64,000 nt of DNA from an uncultured Candidatus Saccharimonadales bacterium. GTDB lineage: Bacteria; Patescibacteriota; Saccharimonadia; UBA4664; SCTI01. The stretch is taken from the NCBI GenBank assembly GCA_964632435.1, contig CAZWEJ010000001.1, positions 1,052 to 65,051 of the forward strand. The letters run 5' to 3'. Of this stretch, positions 40,253 to 49,597 are shown one piece after another; the first letter of the stretch is position 1; each line of letters opens with the position of its first letter. The position numbers and the translations under genes were made by a program. The notes under the pieces were generated by a model that searched no databases, was not told where the DNA came from, and saw only the letters and a program-made list of their open reading frames with translations.

Positions 40253-41428
40253 ATGGCCGAGTTTCAACGAACTAAGCCCCACGTTAACGTCGGTACCATG
40301 GGTCACGTCGACCACGGAAAGACCACGCTAACTGCTGCCATTACCGCTGTATTGGCAAAGAAGCTACCTAGCGATATCAACAAACCTATCGCTTACGACC
40401 AAATTGATAACGCTCCAGAAGAGAAGCAGCGTGGTATCACAATCGCTACATCTCACCAGGAGTATGAGTCCGAGAAGCGACACTATGCTCACGTCGACAT
40501 GCCAGGACACGCAGACTATGTTAAGAACATGATCACTGGTGCTGCTCAGGTTGACGGTGCTATTCTCGTAGTAAGCGCTGCTGACGGCCCAATGCCTCAG
40601 ACTCGTGAGCACATCCTTCTTGCAAAGCAAGTTGGTGTTCCTTACATCCTTGTCTACATGAACAAGATGGATATGGCCGATCCAGAGCTAGCAGAGCTCG
40701 TAGAAATGGAAGTTCGTGAGCTTCTTGCAAAGCAAGGCTTCGACGAGAACTGCCCAATTGTTAAGGGTTCAGCTCTTAAGGCTCTTGAAGGCGACGCAGC
40801 TGCAGAAGACTCAATCATGGAGCTTGTTAAAGCTATGGATGAGTCAATCCCAGAGCCAAAGCGTGAGATTGATAAGCCATTCATGATGGCAATCGAAGAT
40901 GTATTCTCAATTAAGGGACGTGGTACTGTTGCTACCGGTCGAATCGACCAAGGAAAGCTCGCAGTTAACGACGAAGTTGAGATCGTTGGTATCCGCCCTA
41001 CCAAGAAAACCGTTGTAACCGGTGTTGAGATGTTCAAGAAGCTTCTTCCTGACGCTCAAGCAGGTGACAACGTTGGTGCACTTCTCCGTGGTATTGAGCG
41101 AACCGACATCGAGCGCGGTCAGGTTTTGGCCAAGCCAGGTTCAATTACTCCTCACACTGAGTTTGATGCCGAAGTATACGTTTTGAACAAAGAAGAGGGT
41201 GGTCGACACACTCCATTCTTCAAGGGCTACAAGCCTCAGTTCTACATCCGAACAACCGATGTTACCGGAGAGATCCAGTTTGAAGGTGAGATGGTTATGC
41301 CGGGTGATAACGTTCAGATGAAGGTTAAATTGATTGCTCCTATCGCCATGGAAGAAGGTCTCCGATTCGCTATCCGCGAAGGTGGACGAACCGTTGGCGC
41401 AGGTGTTGTCACAAAGATTACCAAGTAA
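40253..41428 (+). CDS. tuf: Elongation factor Tu
   Basis: ATG at 40253 preceded by AAAAGGAGAA; [17 protein letters not shown] and NKMD motifs. Confidence 0.97.
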   Translation: MAEFQRTKPHVNVGTMGHVDHGKTTLTAAITAVLAKKLPSDINKPIAYDQIDNAPEEKQRGITIATSHQEYESEKRHYAHVDMPGHADYVKNMITGAAQVDGAILVVSAADGPMPQTREHILLAKQVGVPYILVYMNKMDMADPELAELVEMEVRELLAKQGFDENCPIVKGSALKALEGDAAAEDSIMELVKAMDESIPEPKREIDKPFMMAIEDVFSIKGRGTVATGRIDQGKLAVNDEVEIVGIRPTKKTVVTGVEMFKKLLPDAQAGDNVGALLRGIERTDIERGQVLAKPGSITPHTEFDAEVYVLNKEEGGRHTPFFKGYKPQFYIRTTDVTGEIQFEGEMVMPGDNVQMKVKLIAPIAMEEGLRFAIREGGRTVGAGVVTKITK

Positions 41429-41439
41429 CATAGATTTCA

Positions 41440-41763
41440 ATGGCTGAAAAAGACGCACCTAAACAACGAATCCGAATTAGATTAAAGGCTTACGATAACA
41501 AGGTTATCGATCAGTCGGCTAAGCAGATCCTAGATACTGCTACACGTACCGGCGCAAAGGTAGCGGGGCCAATCCCGCTGCCTACAGATCGAAATACCAC
41601 CACTGTTATTAAGAGCCCTCACATCTTTAAAAAGTCTCGAGAACAGTTCGAGATGCGGGTTCATAAGCGGCTGATTGATATCACCGAGCCGACAGCAAAA
41701 ACTGTCGACTCGCTGATGAATCTCAATCTTCCAGCTGGCGTCGACATCGAAATCAAAATGTAA
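41440..41763 (+). CDS. rpsJ: 30S ribosomal protein S10
   Basis: Conserved S10 sequence (IRIRLKAYD...). Confidence 0.97.
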   Translation: MAEKDAPKQRIRIRLKAYDNKVIDQSAKQILDTATRTGAKVAGPIPLPTDRNTTTVIKSPHIFKKSREQFEMRVHKRLIDITEPTAKTVDSLMNLNLPAGVDIEIKM

Positions 41764-41774
41764 CACTAGAAACT

Positions 41775-41794
41775 GCCCCGAAAGGGGCGTTTTT
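41775..41794 (+). terminator. Rho-independent terminator after rpsJ
   Basis: gcccc-gaaa-ggggc stem followed by gttttt. Confidence 0.7.
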
Positions 41795-41822
41795 AGTATA
41801 AAAGTCGTGTATAATTAACCAC

Positions 41823-42158
41823 ATGGTTAAACGAACAGATTTAAACACAGTTTTTCGATGTATATCCGATCCAACCCGGAGGCACATACTTGAGCATCTC
41901 TCCGAGATGGCGAGGCCGATGAGCGTGTTGGAGCTCGCGGAACCTCACAATATGAGCCTCCCCGCTGTGTCCAAGCATCTTCGCTATCTTGAGAAGGCCG
42001 GGCTTGTGAAAAGGACCGTCAAAGGTCGTGTTCATTCTTTCGAAATTATTCAGGAGCCTCTCAAGATGGCAGAGGCGTGGGTCGTATATTACCTGCAGTG
42101 TTGGAATAAGCAGCTTGATGTTATAGAGAGTACAAAAAAGGAAAGCAGCATCTTCTAA
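41823..42158 (+). CDS. ArsR/SmtB-family winged-helix transcriptional regulator
   Basis: HTH region ...TRRHILEHLSE..MSVLELAEPHNMSLPAVSKHLRYLEKAGLVKR; a TATAAT box lies just upstream. Confidence 0.8.
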   Translation: MVKRTDLNTVFRCISDPTRRHILEHLSEMARPMSVLELAEPHNMSLPAVSKHLRYLEKAGLVKRTVKGRVHSFEIIQEPLKMAEAWVVYYLQCWNKQLDVIESTKKESSIF

Positions 42159-42173
42159 CTTGTTATGGTTGCG

Positions 42174-42196
42174 TTTTGGCCTCGGTAAAGCCAAAA
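42174..42196 (+). promoter_or_regulatory. Perfect 7-bp inverted repeat TTTTGGC-N9-GCCAAAA between the ArsR gene and the downstream cassette (candidate operator)
   Basis: Not followed by a T-run, so it is unlikely to be a terminator. Confidence 0.3.
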
Positions 42197-42222
42197 TGAT
42201 ATCAACAAAGGGGTAGAAGTAG

Positions 42223-42726
42223 ATGGATTTTCAGGAAGCGATCATTTTTGTAAGTGCAGTCATTATTGTTGTGGCTGCTGGGGTTGTCCTTGGTGCGGTT
42301 ATACGGGGCAGGAGCATCAAGCAATCAGAGAAGGTTGGCTTAATTCAACAGCGCAAAGCGGAGTTATATTCGGAAATTATTGGCGCCCTCGACACAATAG
42401 TTGAAGACAATGATCAAAAAAAACAGTGGTTTATCCACCGATACTACCAAGCTCTAGTCTATGCGCCCGACAATGTGATTGCTTCCATTAATAGGTATCT
42501 TGATGGTGTTACAGCAATAGGAGCGGATCTCTCGCCAGACAAGATAATGGAGCTTCGCGGTAAAGCCGTAAGGTCAATGAGAGCAGATATCCAGGGATAC
42601 CTGAATGCTAAAACACGGCTTCCACTCCCTGAACTTTATCGAATAGAGGTTAAGGCGCCAGCACATCCGGCTCTAAAAGAAGATTCGAAAAAGAGTAAAC
42701 AAAAACCCGTTGCTCAGGAAAAATAG
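42223..42726 (+). CDS. Membrane-anchored hypothetical protein (N-terminal TM, about 140-aa soluble domain)
   Basis: TM helix AIIFVSAVIIVVAAGVVLGAVI; RBS AAAGGGG upstream. Confidence 0.5.
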   Translation: MDFQEAIIFVSAVIIVVAAGVVLGAVIRGRSIKQSEKVGLIQQRKAELYSEIIGALDTIVEDNDQKKQWFIHRYYQALVYAPDNVIASINRYLDGVTAIGADLSPDKIMELRGKAVRSMRADIQGYLNAKTRLPLPELYRIEVKAPAHPALKEDSKKSKQKPVAQEK

Positions 42727-42784
42727 TTTGCACCAGGTAAGCTTAAGAGGTATATTCAAATCAAAACCATAAAAAGAGGGAAAA

Positions 42785-42904
42785 ATGGCGGTAAAAAAAT
42801 GCACCAACAAAAACTGTAATGCGAATGTAAAGGTTTGCAAGGACAAAAGCTGTAGCGCTAAAGGCCCACACGGTCATTGTTCAAACGGGCATAAAGTAAA
42901 GTAG
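42785..42904 (+). CDS. 39-aa Cys/His-rich peptide (MAVKKCTNKNCNANVKVCKDKSCSAKGPHGHCSNGHKVK)
   Basis: My own translation; RBS AGAGGG 5 nt upstream; two CxxxxC pairs plus HGHC; below the 60-aa cut-off of the ORF track. Confidence 0.4.
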   Translation: MAVKKCTNKNCNANVKVCKDKSCSAKGPHGHCSNGHKVK

Positions 42905-42911
42905 GCCTCCT

Positions 42912-43373
42912 TTGGAAAAGCGAAAGGTCAAACGACCGGCAGGCTCGACGCGACAACAGATTGTAAAGAGATACAACTCTCGGGCTTGGTATCAGCTGCC
43001 TGATTGGGCTCAACAGTTTGTTGTTAGTGCCGCTCCTTGGTTCACTGGTCTGATCGTGGCTGTCTTGACGCCTGCAGCGGCACTTGCTCTGGTATTAGGG
43101 TTCCACTCGTTACCCCTTGAAATTATTGGGGTACCTGGGACTGAGAATGATTTTGGCTTAGCTGCATTTATTCTATTAGTAAAAGTTGCTCTACTAGCGC
43201 TAGCTCTAAAGCCCCTTTACAGGAGGCAAGCGAGGGGTTGGACTTACTTAATTTTGGCATCATTTGTCCATTTGCTTCACAGTATATGGTTGCAGCACCC
43301 CGTTTCGGGAACACTTATTTGTTTAGGGACTCTATATCTGTATAGCCAGGTACGTCGCTGGTACACGCAGTAG
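42912..43373 (+). CDS. Multi-TM membrane protein, paralog 1 of a tandem pair
   Basis: Shares the YQLP...PW... and GW motifs and overall TM topology with the next gene. Confidence 0.55.
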   Translation: MEKRKVKRPAGSTRQQIVKRYNSRAWYQLPDWAQQFVVSAAPWFTGLIVAVLTPAAALALVLGFHSLPLEIIGVPGTENDFGLAAFILLVKVALLALALKPLYRRQARGWTYLILASFVHLLHSIWLQHPVSGTLICLGTLYLYSQVRRWYTQ

Positions 43374-43430
43374 TCTTGCAGGTAAAAAGCATAAGCGGTA
43401 TACTTCGCTTAAGTAATAGAAGGATGCCAA

Positions 43431-43880
43431 ATGGCCACCTCAAACCCCTTAAATAGTATAGTAAGCTCTCTTGAGCCATATTTCACAACAAAATCGCCCT
43501 ATCAGCTGCCGAAGAACATCAGAGAGTTTTTAGTAAAATACATACCTTGGATTAATGTTGTCATCCTGGTAATACTGGCTCCAGGAATTTTGCTCGCCCT
43601 TGGCATAGGAACTGCAACTCTACCATTTAGTGGAATTGCAGGCGTCGACTCCGCAACAGGGTTAACCATCACCCTCCTTGCGCTTGTAATACAAGTTGTA
43701 TTGATGATCGCAGCGCTACCTGGTTTGTTCAACCGTAAAATCAGTGGTTGGAATCTTTCATTTTATGCTGTCATATTCAATCTTGCTTATAGCCTACTCA
43801 ATTTCCAGATTCTAAGTGGGCTTCTTGGGGCTTTGATCGGAGCTTACGTTCTATTCCAGATAAAGTCTTATTACAAATAG
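43431..43880 (+). CDS. Multi-TM membrane protein, paralog 2 of a tandem pair
   Basis: Clear collinear similarity to 42912-43373 (YQLP, PW, LP..I.GV, GW, N...N.Q.LSG). Confidence 0.55.
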   Translation: MATSNPLNSIVSSLEPYFTTKSPYQLPKNIREFLVKYIPWINVVILVILAPGILLALGIGTATLPFSGIAGVDSATGLTITLLALVIQVVLMIAALPGLFNRKISGWNLSFYAVIFNLAYSLLNFQILSGLLGALIGAYVLFQIKSYYK

Positions 43881-43884
43881 CCTA

Positions 43885-44130
43885 ATGGCCAAGAAAAACG
43901 CTACAACCGAATATGATAGTGTTTATTTCTTAAAAATTTTAATCTATCTGATTCTTGGAACAGTTTGGCTCTCAAATGGAGAAAGTCGAACCCTGCCAGT
44001 AGGCTTAATAGTGGGTATTGTGGCTGTTCAGCACGAAAAATTACAAATTGACCGAAAAATTGAGTACGCACTATTACTAATTGGAACTATTTTAGGCCTG
44101 GTAGGCATTGGTTTAACAATAAATTTGTAG
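43885..44130 (+). CDS. Small 2-TM membrane protein
   Basis: Two hydrophobic helices; tightly spaced after the paralog pair. Confidence 0.45.
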   Translation: MAKKNATTEYDSVYFLKILIYLILGTVWLSNGESRTLPVGLIVGIVAVQHEKLQIDRKIEYALLLIGTILGLVGIGLTINL

Positions 44131-44155
44131 CCGCAACATAATCAATTTCTCTATC

Positions 44156-44172
44156 TGTTGACAGATGTGTCA
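44156..44172 (+). promoter_or_regulatory. Promoter for rplC and downstream genes, with a palindromic TTGACA-gatg-TGTCAA element overlapping the -35
   Basis: TTGACA -35, 17-bp spacer, TTATAT -10; the palindrome is the reverse complement of the element at 28877-28893. Confidence 0.45.
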
Positions 44173-44299
44173 AAACTCTGTTATATTTACTTGGTAACTT
44201 TTGCTCAATTTAGAGCTTAGAACTAGGAGTTGATCTGGTCCGTGAGCCGCGGATACCGCTCGAATCCTAGAATTTGTTTTGTTTAATATAAGGAGTGGC

Positions 44300-44938
44300 A
44301 TGAAAGCCTTGCTCGGCCGAAAACTTGGAATGACCCAGCTGTTTGACGACAACGGCAATGTTGCGCGTGTCACTATAGTAGAGGCAGGCCCTTGCGTGGT
44401 TACTCAAGTGCGAACTGGCGAAAACGACGGCTACCAAGCTGTACAAATTGGCTTTGGTAAGCACAAAAACGCTAGCAAGCCGCAGGAAGGCCACGCTACA
44501 TTTGATGGCGTAACTCCTCGTCATATCAAAGAAGTTCGTATGGACGATACCGTTGTAAATGTAGAAGAAGTTGAAGGCGACAACAAGCTCAAGGTTGGCG
44601 ACAAGCTGGATGTCAGTATTTTTGAAGTTGGAGACAAGATCCAGGTAACTGGTACTAGTAAAGGTAAGGGGTTTGCAGGAACTGTAAAGCGTCACAACTT
44701 CAACACTGGTCCAAAAACACACGGTTCACATAATTATCGTCAACCAGGTTCAATTGGTTCAGGATACCCACAGCACGTATTCAAGGGAATTAAGATGGCC
44801 GGTCGAATGGGTGGCGAGAAGGTTACTACAAAGGGGCTCAAGATTGTCTCAGTTGATGCCGAGAACAACCTGATCGCTATAAAGGGCGCAGTTCCTGGGC
44901 CGCGTAAGTCAATCGTTATGATCCGAGGCGCGAAGTAA
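44300..44938 (+). CDS. rplC: 50S ribosomal protein L3
   Basis: ATG at 44300 after AAGGAG; MKALLGRKLGMTQLFDDNGNV... Confidence 0.95.
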   Translation: MKALLGRKLGMTQLFDDNGNVARVTIVEAGPCVVTQVRTGENDGYQAVQIGFGKHKNASKPQEGHATFDGVTPRHIKEVRMDDTVVNVEEVEGDNKLKVGDKLDVSIFEVGDKIQVTGTSKGKGFAGTVKRHNFNTGPKTHGSHNYRQPGSIGSGYPQHVFKGIKMAGRMGGEKVTTKGLKIVSVDAENNLIAIKGAVPGPRKSIVMIRGAK

Positions 44939-45570
44939 TGGCCCAAGCAATTATTTATTCAAAGACAGGAGCTAAGAAAGAGGCTCCAGCAAAGCTCAGC
45001 AGCAAAGTATTCGCTGTCGAAGCTAATAATGACCTTTTAAAGCAGGCTTATGAGACCTACCTAGCTAATGGTCGAGCATCAAGTGCAAAAACAAAGAGCC
45101 GTGGCGAGGTTCGTGGTGGTGGTCGTAAGCCTTGGAAGCAAAAAGGTACAGGGCGAGCGCGTGCAGGTTCAATCCGACTTCCTCACTGGAAGGGCGGTGG
45201 TGTTGCTTTTGGACCAACCGGCGAGCAAAACTACACCAAGGATATGCCAGTTAAAGCCAAGCGAACTGCTATTAGGCAAGCTCTCAGCGTTCAGGCAAAA
45301 GACAAAAAGATTGTCATTCTTGAGTCATTTACAGGCGGCGAAGGCAAGGTCAAGCCAGTTGCTCAACTCCTAGACAAAATCAATCTTGATGGAAGCGTCC
45401 TAATCGTTGTTTCCGAGAAGACGCCTGTTATTGATCGTGCAACTCGCAATCTTCCAGGAGTAAAGGTTGTTTCGGCAAAATACCTCAATGTTTTCTCAAT
45501 TCTTAACGCCGACTGGGTCGTAATGACTACTGACGCGGAAAAGATCGTAACAGAATGGCTGGAGGCGTAG
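44938..45570 (+). CDS. rplD: 50S ribosomal protein L4
   Basis: GGGRKPWKQKGTGRAR motif. Confidence 0.95.
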   Translation: MAQAIIYSKTGAKKEAPAKLSSKVFAVEANNDLLKQAYETYLANGRASSAKTKSRGEVRGGGRKPWKQKGTGRARAGSIRLPHWKGGGVAFGPTGEQNYTKDMPVKAKRTAIRQALSVQAKDKKIVILESFTGGEGKVKPVAQLLDKINLDGSVLIVVSEKTPVIDRATRNLPGVKVVSAKYLNVFSILNADWVVMTTDAEKIVTEWLEA

Positions 45571-45571
45571 C

Positions 45572-45856
45572 ATGAGCATGGCACTAGTACCACGAGTAAG
45601 CGAAAAGGCTATGGCACTTGCCGAGCAGGGAGTTTACGTATTTAACGTCCCTACAACCGCAAACAAGATTGAGGTAGCGAAGGAAGTCGAGAAGGCCTTC
45701 AACGTTAGCGTGGTTGATGTAAACATTTTGATCCATAAGGGCAAGCAAGTATCTAGGCGATACGGCAAGAATGCTGGGAAGCGCAATAATACCAAAAAAG
45801 CCATGGTTACGGTAAAGAAGGGGCAGAAAATAGCCCTGTTTGAGGAGGGCAAGTAA
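45572..45856 (+). CDS. rplW: 50S ribosomal protein L23
   Basis: Conserved L23 sequence; operon order. Confidence 0.93.
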   Translation: MSMALVPRVSEKAMALAEQGVYVFNVPTTANKIEVAKEVEKAFNVSVVDVNILIHKGKQVSRRYGKNAGKRNNTKKAMVTVKKGQKIALFEEGK

Positions 45857-46692
45857 TGGCAGTTCGACTATACAAGCCAACGACTCCAGGTCGACGAGGA
45901 ATGACCTCGATCGATACAAGTCAAATTACCAAGAAGAAGCCAGAGAAGTCACTTCTTGTGCCTATGAAGGCTGGTTCCGGTCGAAACAACCAGGGTCGAA
46001 TTACCATTCGTCACCGAGGTGGAGCGGTGAAGCGCTTCTATCGATTGGTTGATTTCCGACTTGTACCTGGGTTTAGTGGCAAGATTACCGCAATTGAGTA
46101 CGACCCAAACCGCAGTGCGCACATTGCCTTGGTCGAACTAAAGAATGGCAAGAAAGCCTATATCCTTGCAGGTAATGATATGAAAGTTGGGCAGAAGATT
46201 GAAAGCGGCTCAGATGTGGAGATTCGCCGAGGCAATCGATTGCCACTTGCCAACATCCCTGTAGGTACTCAGATTTACAATATTGAGCTAGTTCTCGGCA
46301 AAGGCGGTCAAATTGCTCGTAGCGCTGGAACAAAAGCCCAGCTCGTCGCAAAAGAAGGTGAGTTTTGCCAGGTCCGACTTCCTAGTGGGGAAGTTCGTCT
46401 TGTGAATCAGAACTGCATGGCAACAATCGGTGCTGTCGGTAACGAGGCTCACCAGAACGTTAAGTATGGTAGCGCCGGTCGTCGTCGTCGAATGGGTTGG
46501 CGCCCTACCGTTCGCGGTAAGGCTATGAACCCAGTTGATCACCCTCACGGTGGTGGAGAAGGTGGTACCGATATCGGTTTGAAGCATCAGAAGACCCCTT
46601 GGGGTAAGGCAGCACTTGGTCTTAAGACCCGACGCCGCAAATTAACAGACCGCATGATTGTACGCGGACGTAAGCAAGGTAGGAGACGCTAA
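45856..46692 (+). CDS. rplB: 50S ribosomal protein L2
   Basis: Conserved L2 sequence (HPHGGGEG). Confidence 0.97.
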   Translation: MAVRLYKPTTPGRRGMTSIDTSQITKKKPEKSLLVPMKAGSGRNNQGRITIRHRGGAVKRFYRLVDFRLVPGFSGKITAIEYDPNRSAHIALVELKNGKKAYILAGNDMKVGQKIESGSDVEIRRGNRLPLANIPVGTQIYNIELVLGKGGQIARSAGTKAQLVAKEGEFCQVRLPSGEVRLVNQNCMATIGAVGNEAHQNVKYGSAGRRRRMGWRPTVRGKAMNPVDHPHGGGEGGTDIGLKHQKTPWGKAALGLKTRRRKLTDRMIVRGRKQGRRR

Positions 46693-46968
46693 ATGAGTCG
46701 TTCACTCAAAAAAGGCCCATACGTAGATGAAAAGTTGATGAAAAAAGTCGACAAGCTTAGTGCTGGCGACAAGACGGTAATCAAGACTTGGGCTCGATCA
46801 AGCACTATCACACCTGAAATGGTTGGTTTTACTTTTGCTGTTCACAACGGACGACAACATCTTCCAGTATTCGTTACAGAGAATATGGTTGGTCACAAGT
46901 TAGGTGAGTTCTCTCCTACCCGTAAATTCCGTGGTCACGGCGGTAAGCTGGCGAAAGGTAAGAAATAA
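46693..46968 (+). CDS. rpsS: 30S ribosomal protein S19
   Basis: [15 protein letters not shown]... Confidence 0.97.
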   Translation: MSRSLKKGPYVDEKLMKKVDKLSAGDKTVIKTWARSSTITPEMVGFTFAVHNGRQHLPVFVTENMVGHKLGEFSPTRKFRGHGGKLAKGKK

Positions 46969-47345
46969 TGAACGTTCGTGCTAAAGCAAAATTCGTTGGC
47001 ACTTCACCTCGCAAAATCAGCTTGGTCGCTGCTCTTATTCGTGGCAAAAAAGTTGATGAGGCAAGAACTGTTCTCAACAACACCCAAAAGCGCGCTACCG
47101 ATCCAGTTGGCAAAGTTTTGAATAGTGCTATTGCTAATGCCGAGAACAACTTCAACTTGAGTTCGAAGAACTTGATTGTTGAGTCGGTCCTTGTCGGCCC
47201 TGGCCCAACCCTAAAGCGATTTCGCCCCCGAGCGCAGGGTCGCGCAGCTTCAATCTTAAAGCGAACTAGCCACATAACTGTGGTGTTGAAAGATTCATCA
47301 AAGGCTAAGGCAACAGACGTTAAGGCCAAGAAGGAGGCCAAATAA
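46968..47345 (+). CDS. rplV: 50S ribosomal protein L22
   Basis: Conserved L22; operon order. Confidence 0.95.
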   Translation: MNVRAKAKFVGTSPRKISLVAALIRGKKVDEARTVLNNTQKRATDPVGKVLNSAIANAENNFNLSSKNLIVESVLVGPGPTLKRFRPRAQGRAASILKRTSHITVVLKDSSKAKATDVKAKKEAK

Positions 47346-47974
47346 TGGGACAGAAAGTAAATCCGCGCAGTCTGCGCCTACAAGTTGATAAAGACTGGCA
47401 GTCAAAGTGGTTTGCCAGTAAGCAGACCTATGCTGATCAGCTGGTTGAAGACGTTAAGCTTCGCCGTGCTGTCGAAGGTAAGCTCAGTCGACGCGCCGGT
47501 GTTTCTCGAGTAGACATCGAGCGATCACCAAATCTCATTACGGTCACAATTTATACATCAAAGCCAGGAGTTGTTATCGGTCGAGGTGGAAGTGGCGCCG
47601 AAGAGCTCAAAAAGCTGCTTGTTAAGATCTGCAATGCGCCCGTCAAGGTCAGCATTGAGGAGATAAAGCGCCCAGAAACCAACGCCAAATTGGTTGCCGA
47701 AAACATTGCAGGTCAGCTTGAGCGACGAATTTCATTTAGGCGAGCTATGAAAATGGCTGCCGAGAATGCAGTTAAGTCAGGCGCTAAAGGTGCAAAGATA
47801 ACCGTCGCTGGTCGTTTAAATGGCGCTGAAATGGGTCGCCGCGAAACTGTTGCTAACGGGTCAATTCCTTTGCACACTTTACGAGCAGACATTGATTACG
47901 CCCATGCTGAGGCAAAAACAACCTACGGCATCATTGGTGTCAAGGTATGGATATTTAAAGGAAACAAGTTCTAG
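47345..47974 (+). CDS. rpsC: 30S ribosomal protein S3
   Basis: MGQKVNPRSLRL..., KH domain. Confidence 0.97.
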   Translation: MGQKVNPRSLRLQVDKDWQSKWFASKQTYADQLVEDVKLRRAVEGKLSRRAGVSRVDIERSPNLITVTIYTSKPGVVIGRGGSGAEELKKLLVKICNAPVKVSIEEIKRPETNAKLVAENIAGQLERRISFRRAMKMAAENAVKSGAKGAKITVAGRLNGAEMGRRETVANGSIPLHTLRADIDYAHAEAKTTYGIIGVKVWIFKGNKF

Positions 47975-47983
47975 AGGTCGATT

Positions 47984-48415
47984 ATGTTAATGCCAAAGAA
48001 GACAAAGTACAGAAAGCAGTTCAAGGGAAGAATTCCTAAGGGCCCTGCTACCCGTGGCACAGAACTAGCTTTTGGCCAGTTCGGACTACGTTCTGAGGGC
48101 ACAGAGCGAATTACCTCACGACAGATTGAGGCCGCCAGACGAGCCATGACTCGACACATCAAGCGTGGTGGTAAGGTTTGGATCCGTATCTTCCCAGATT
48201 TGCCTGTTACCAAGAAGCCTGCTGAAGTAAGCATGGGTAGCGGAAAAGGTTCAATTGACCACTACGCTGCTCGAGTACGACCAGGACGAATTATGTTTGA
48301 AATGGATGGTGTCCGCGAGGATCTAGCTCGAGAGGCAATGAGACTTGCTGGGCGTAAGTTGCCGGTTAAGACAAAGTTTGTGGTTCGCCACACTCCAGGG
48401 GAGACCTCAGAATGA
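47984..48415 (+). CDS. rplP: 50S ribosomal protein L16
   Basis: [16 protein letters not shown]... Confidence 0.97.
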   Translation: MLMPKKTKYRKQFKGRIPKGPATRGTELAFGQFGLRSEGTERITSRQIEAARRAMTRHIKRGGKVWIRIFPDLPVTKKPAEVSMGSGKGSIDHYAARVRPGRIMFEMDGVREDLAREAMRLAGRKLPVKTKFVVRHTPGETSE

Positions 48416-48621
48416 AAGTAAAAGAGATCACCCAGAAGACCGACAAGGAGTTGATGACCCTGCTAATTGACTCACGAAAGAAGCTAGCCGATGCAAAGGT
48501 GGAGCTTAGGACTAAGCAGGTAAGTAATGTTAAAGAAATACTAGCTTTGCGAAAGACCATTGCACGTGTGCTGACGGTTCAACGCGAGCGAGAGCTAACC
48601 AAGGAGGAAGCAAATGGCTAG
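48412..48621 (+). CDS. rpmC: 50S ribosomal protein L29
   Basis: Conserved L29; operon order. Confidence 0.93.
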   Translation: MKVKEITQKTDKELMTLLIDSRKKLADAKVELRTKQVSNVKEILALRKTIARVLTVQRERELTKEEANG

Positions 48622-48862
48622 ACGACTGCGAGGAACAGTTTCCTCCAACAAAATGGATAAGACAGTAGTTGTAAAGGTAGAACGTGTTAAAGAGCACCCT
48701 ATTTACCGCAAGAAGTACACGGTGACAACAAACTTCAAGGCTCATGACGAGAAGAACTCATGCCAAGTTGGCGATCTTGTCGATATCATTGAGAGTCGCC
48801 CAATTAGCAAAGATAAGCATTGGGTAGTCGAGAAGAAGGTTACCGCTAAGGAGTTGAAGTAA
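48614..48862 (+). CDS. rpsQ: 30S ribosomal protein S17
   Basis: Conserved S17. Confidence 0.95.
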   Translation: MARRLRGTVSSNKMDKTVVVKVERVKEHPIYRKKYTVTTNFKAHDEKNSCQVGDLVDIIESRPISKDKHWVVEKKVTAKELK

Positions 48863-49230
48863 TGGTTCAGGCCGAATCAAGATTAAAAGTAGCTGATAAC
48901 AGCGGCGCCCGCGAGGTGCTGTGTATCAAGGTGCTTGGTGGATCACGACGACGCTACGCCGGTATTGGTGACATTATCACTGCATCCGTGAAGTCTGCAG
49001 CTCCTAATGGCAACGTCAAAAAGAAAGAGGTTGTTCAGGCGGTTGTAGTACGAACTACCAAAACCACTCGACGCCCCGACGGTAGCCAGATTCGCTTTGA
49101 CGATAACGCTGTTGTCATTATTGATAAGAATAAGCAGCCTCGAGCAACCCGTGTTTTTGGACCAGTCGCTCGAGAACTTCGTGACGGTGGTTACATGAAG
49201 ATCATTTCCCTCGCGCCGGAGGTGCTCTAA
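48862..49230 (+). CDS. rplN: 50S ribosomal protein L14
   Basis: Conserved L14. Confidence 0.97.
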   Translation: MVQAESRLKVADNSGAREVLCIKVLGGSRRRYAGIGDIITASVKSAAPNGNVKKKEVVQAVVVRTTKTTRRPDGSQIRFDDNAVVIIDKNKQPRATRVFGPVARELRDGGYMKIISLAPEVL

Positions 49231-49595
49231 TGAAGATACGTAGAGAAGACCAGGTTATGGTCATCACCGGAAAAGACAAGGGCAAGACCGGCAAGGTAAC
49301 TCAGGTCATACCCAAGAGGAATGCGGTTATTGTTGACGGCTTGAATGTTGTAAAACGGCACACAAAGCCATCAGATAAGTTCCCACAGGGTGGAATTCTA
49401 GAGATCAATAAGCCAATAGATGCCTCAAAAGTTATGGTGCTTGACCCAACTTCGGGTAAGCCCGCAAGAGTTGGTTACAGGCTAACAAAGGATGGTGTTA
49501 AAGAGCGAGTCTTTAAAGAATCGCGCTACGCCAAGCCTAAAAAAGCAGAGAAAGCATCAAAGGATGCAAAAGATAAGAAAGAGAAGAAGGCCTAG
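49230..49595 (+). CDS. rplX: 50S ribosomal protein L24 (Lys-rich C-terminal tail)
   Basis: KOW motif; operon order. Confidence 0.95.
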   Translation: MKIRREDQVMVITGKDKGKTGKVTQVIPKRNAVIVDGLNVVKRHTKPSDKFPQGGILEINKPIDASKVMVLDPTSGKPARVGYRLTKDGVKERVFKESRYAKPKKAEKASKDAKDKKEKKA

Positions 49596-49597
49596 TC

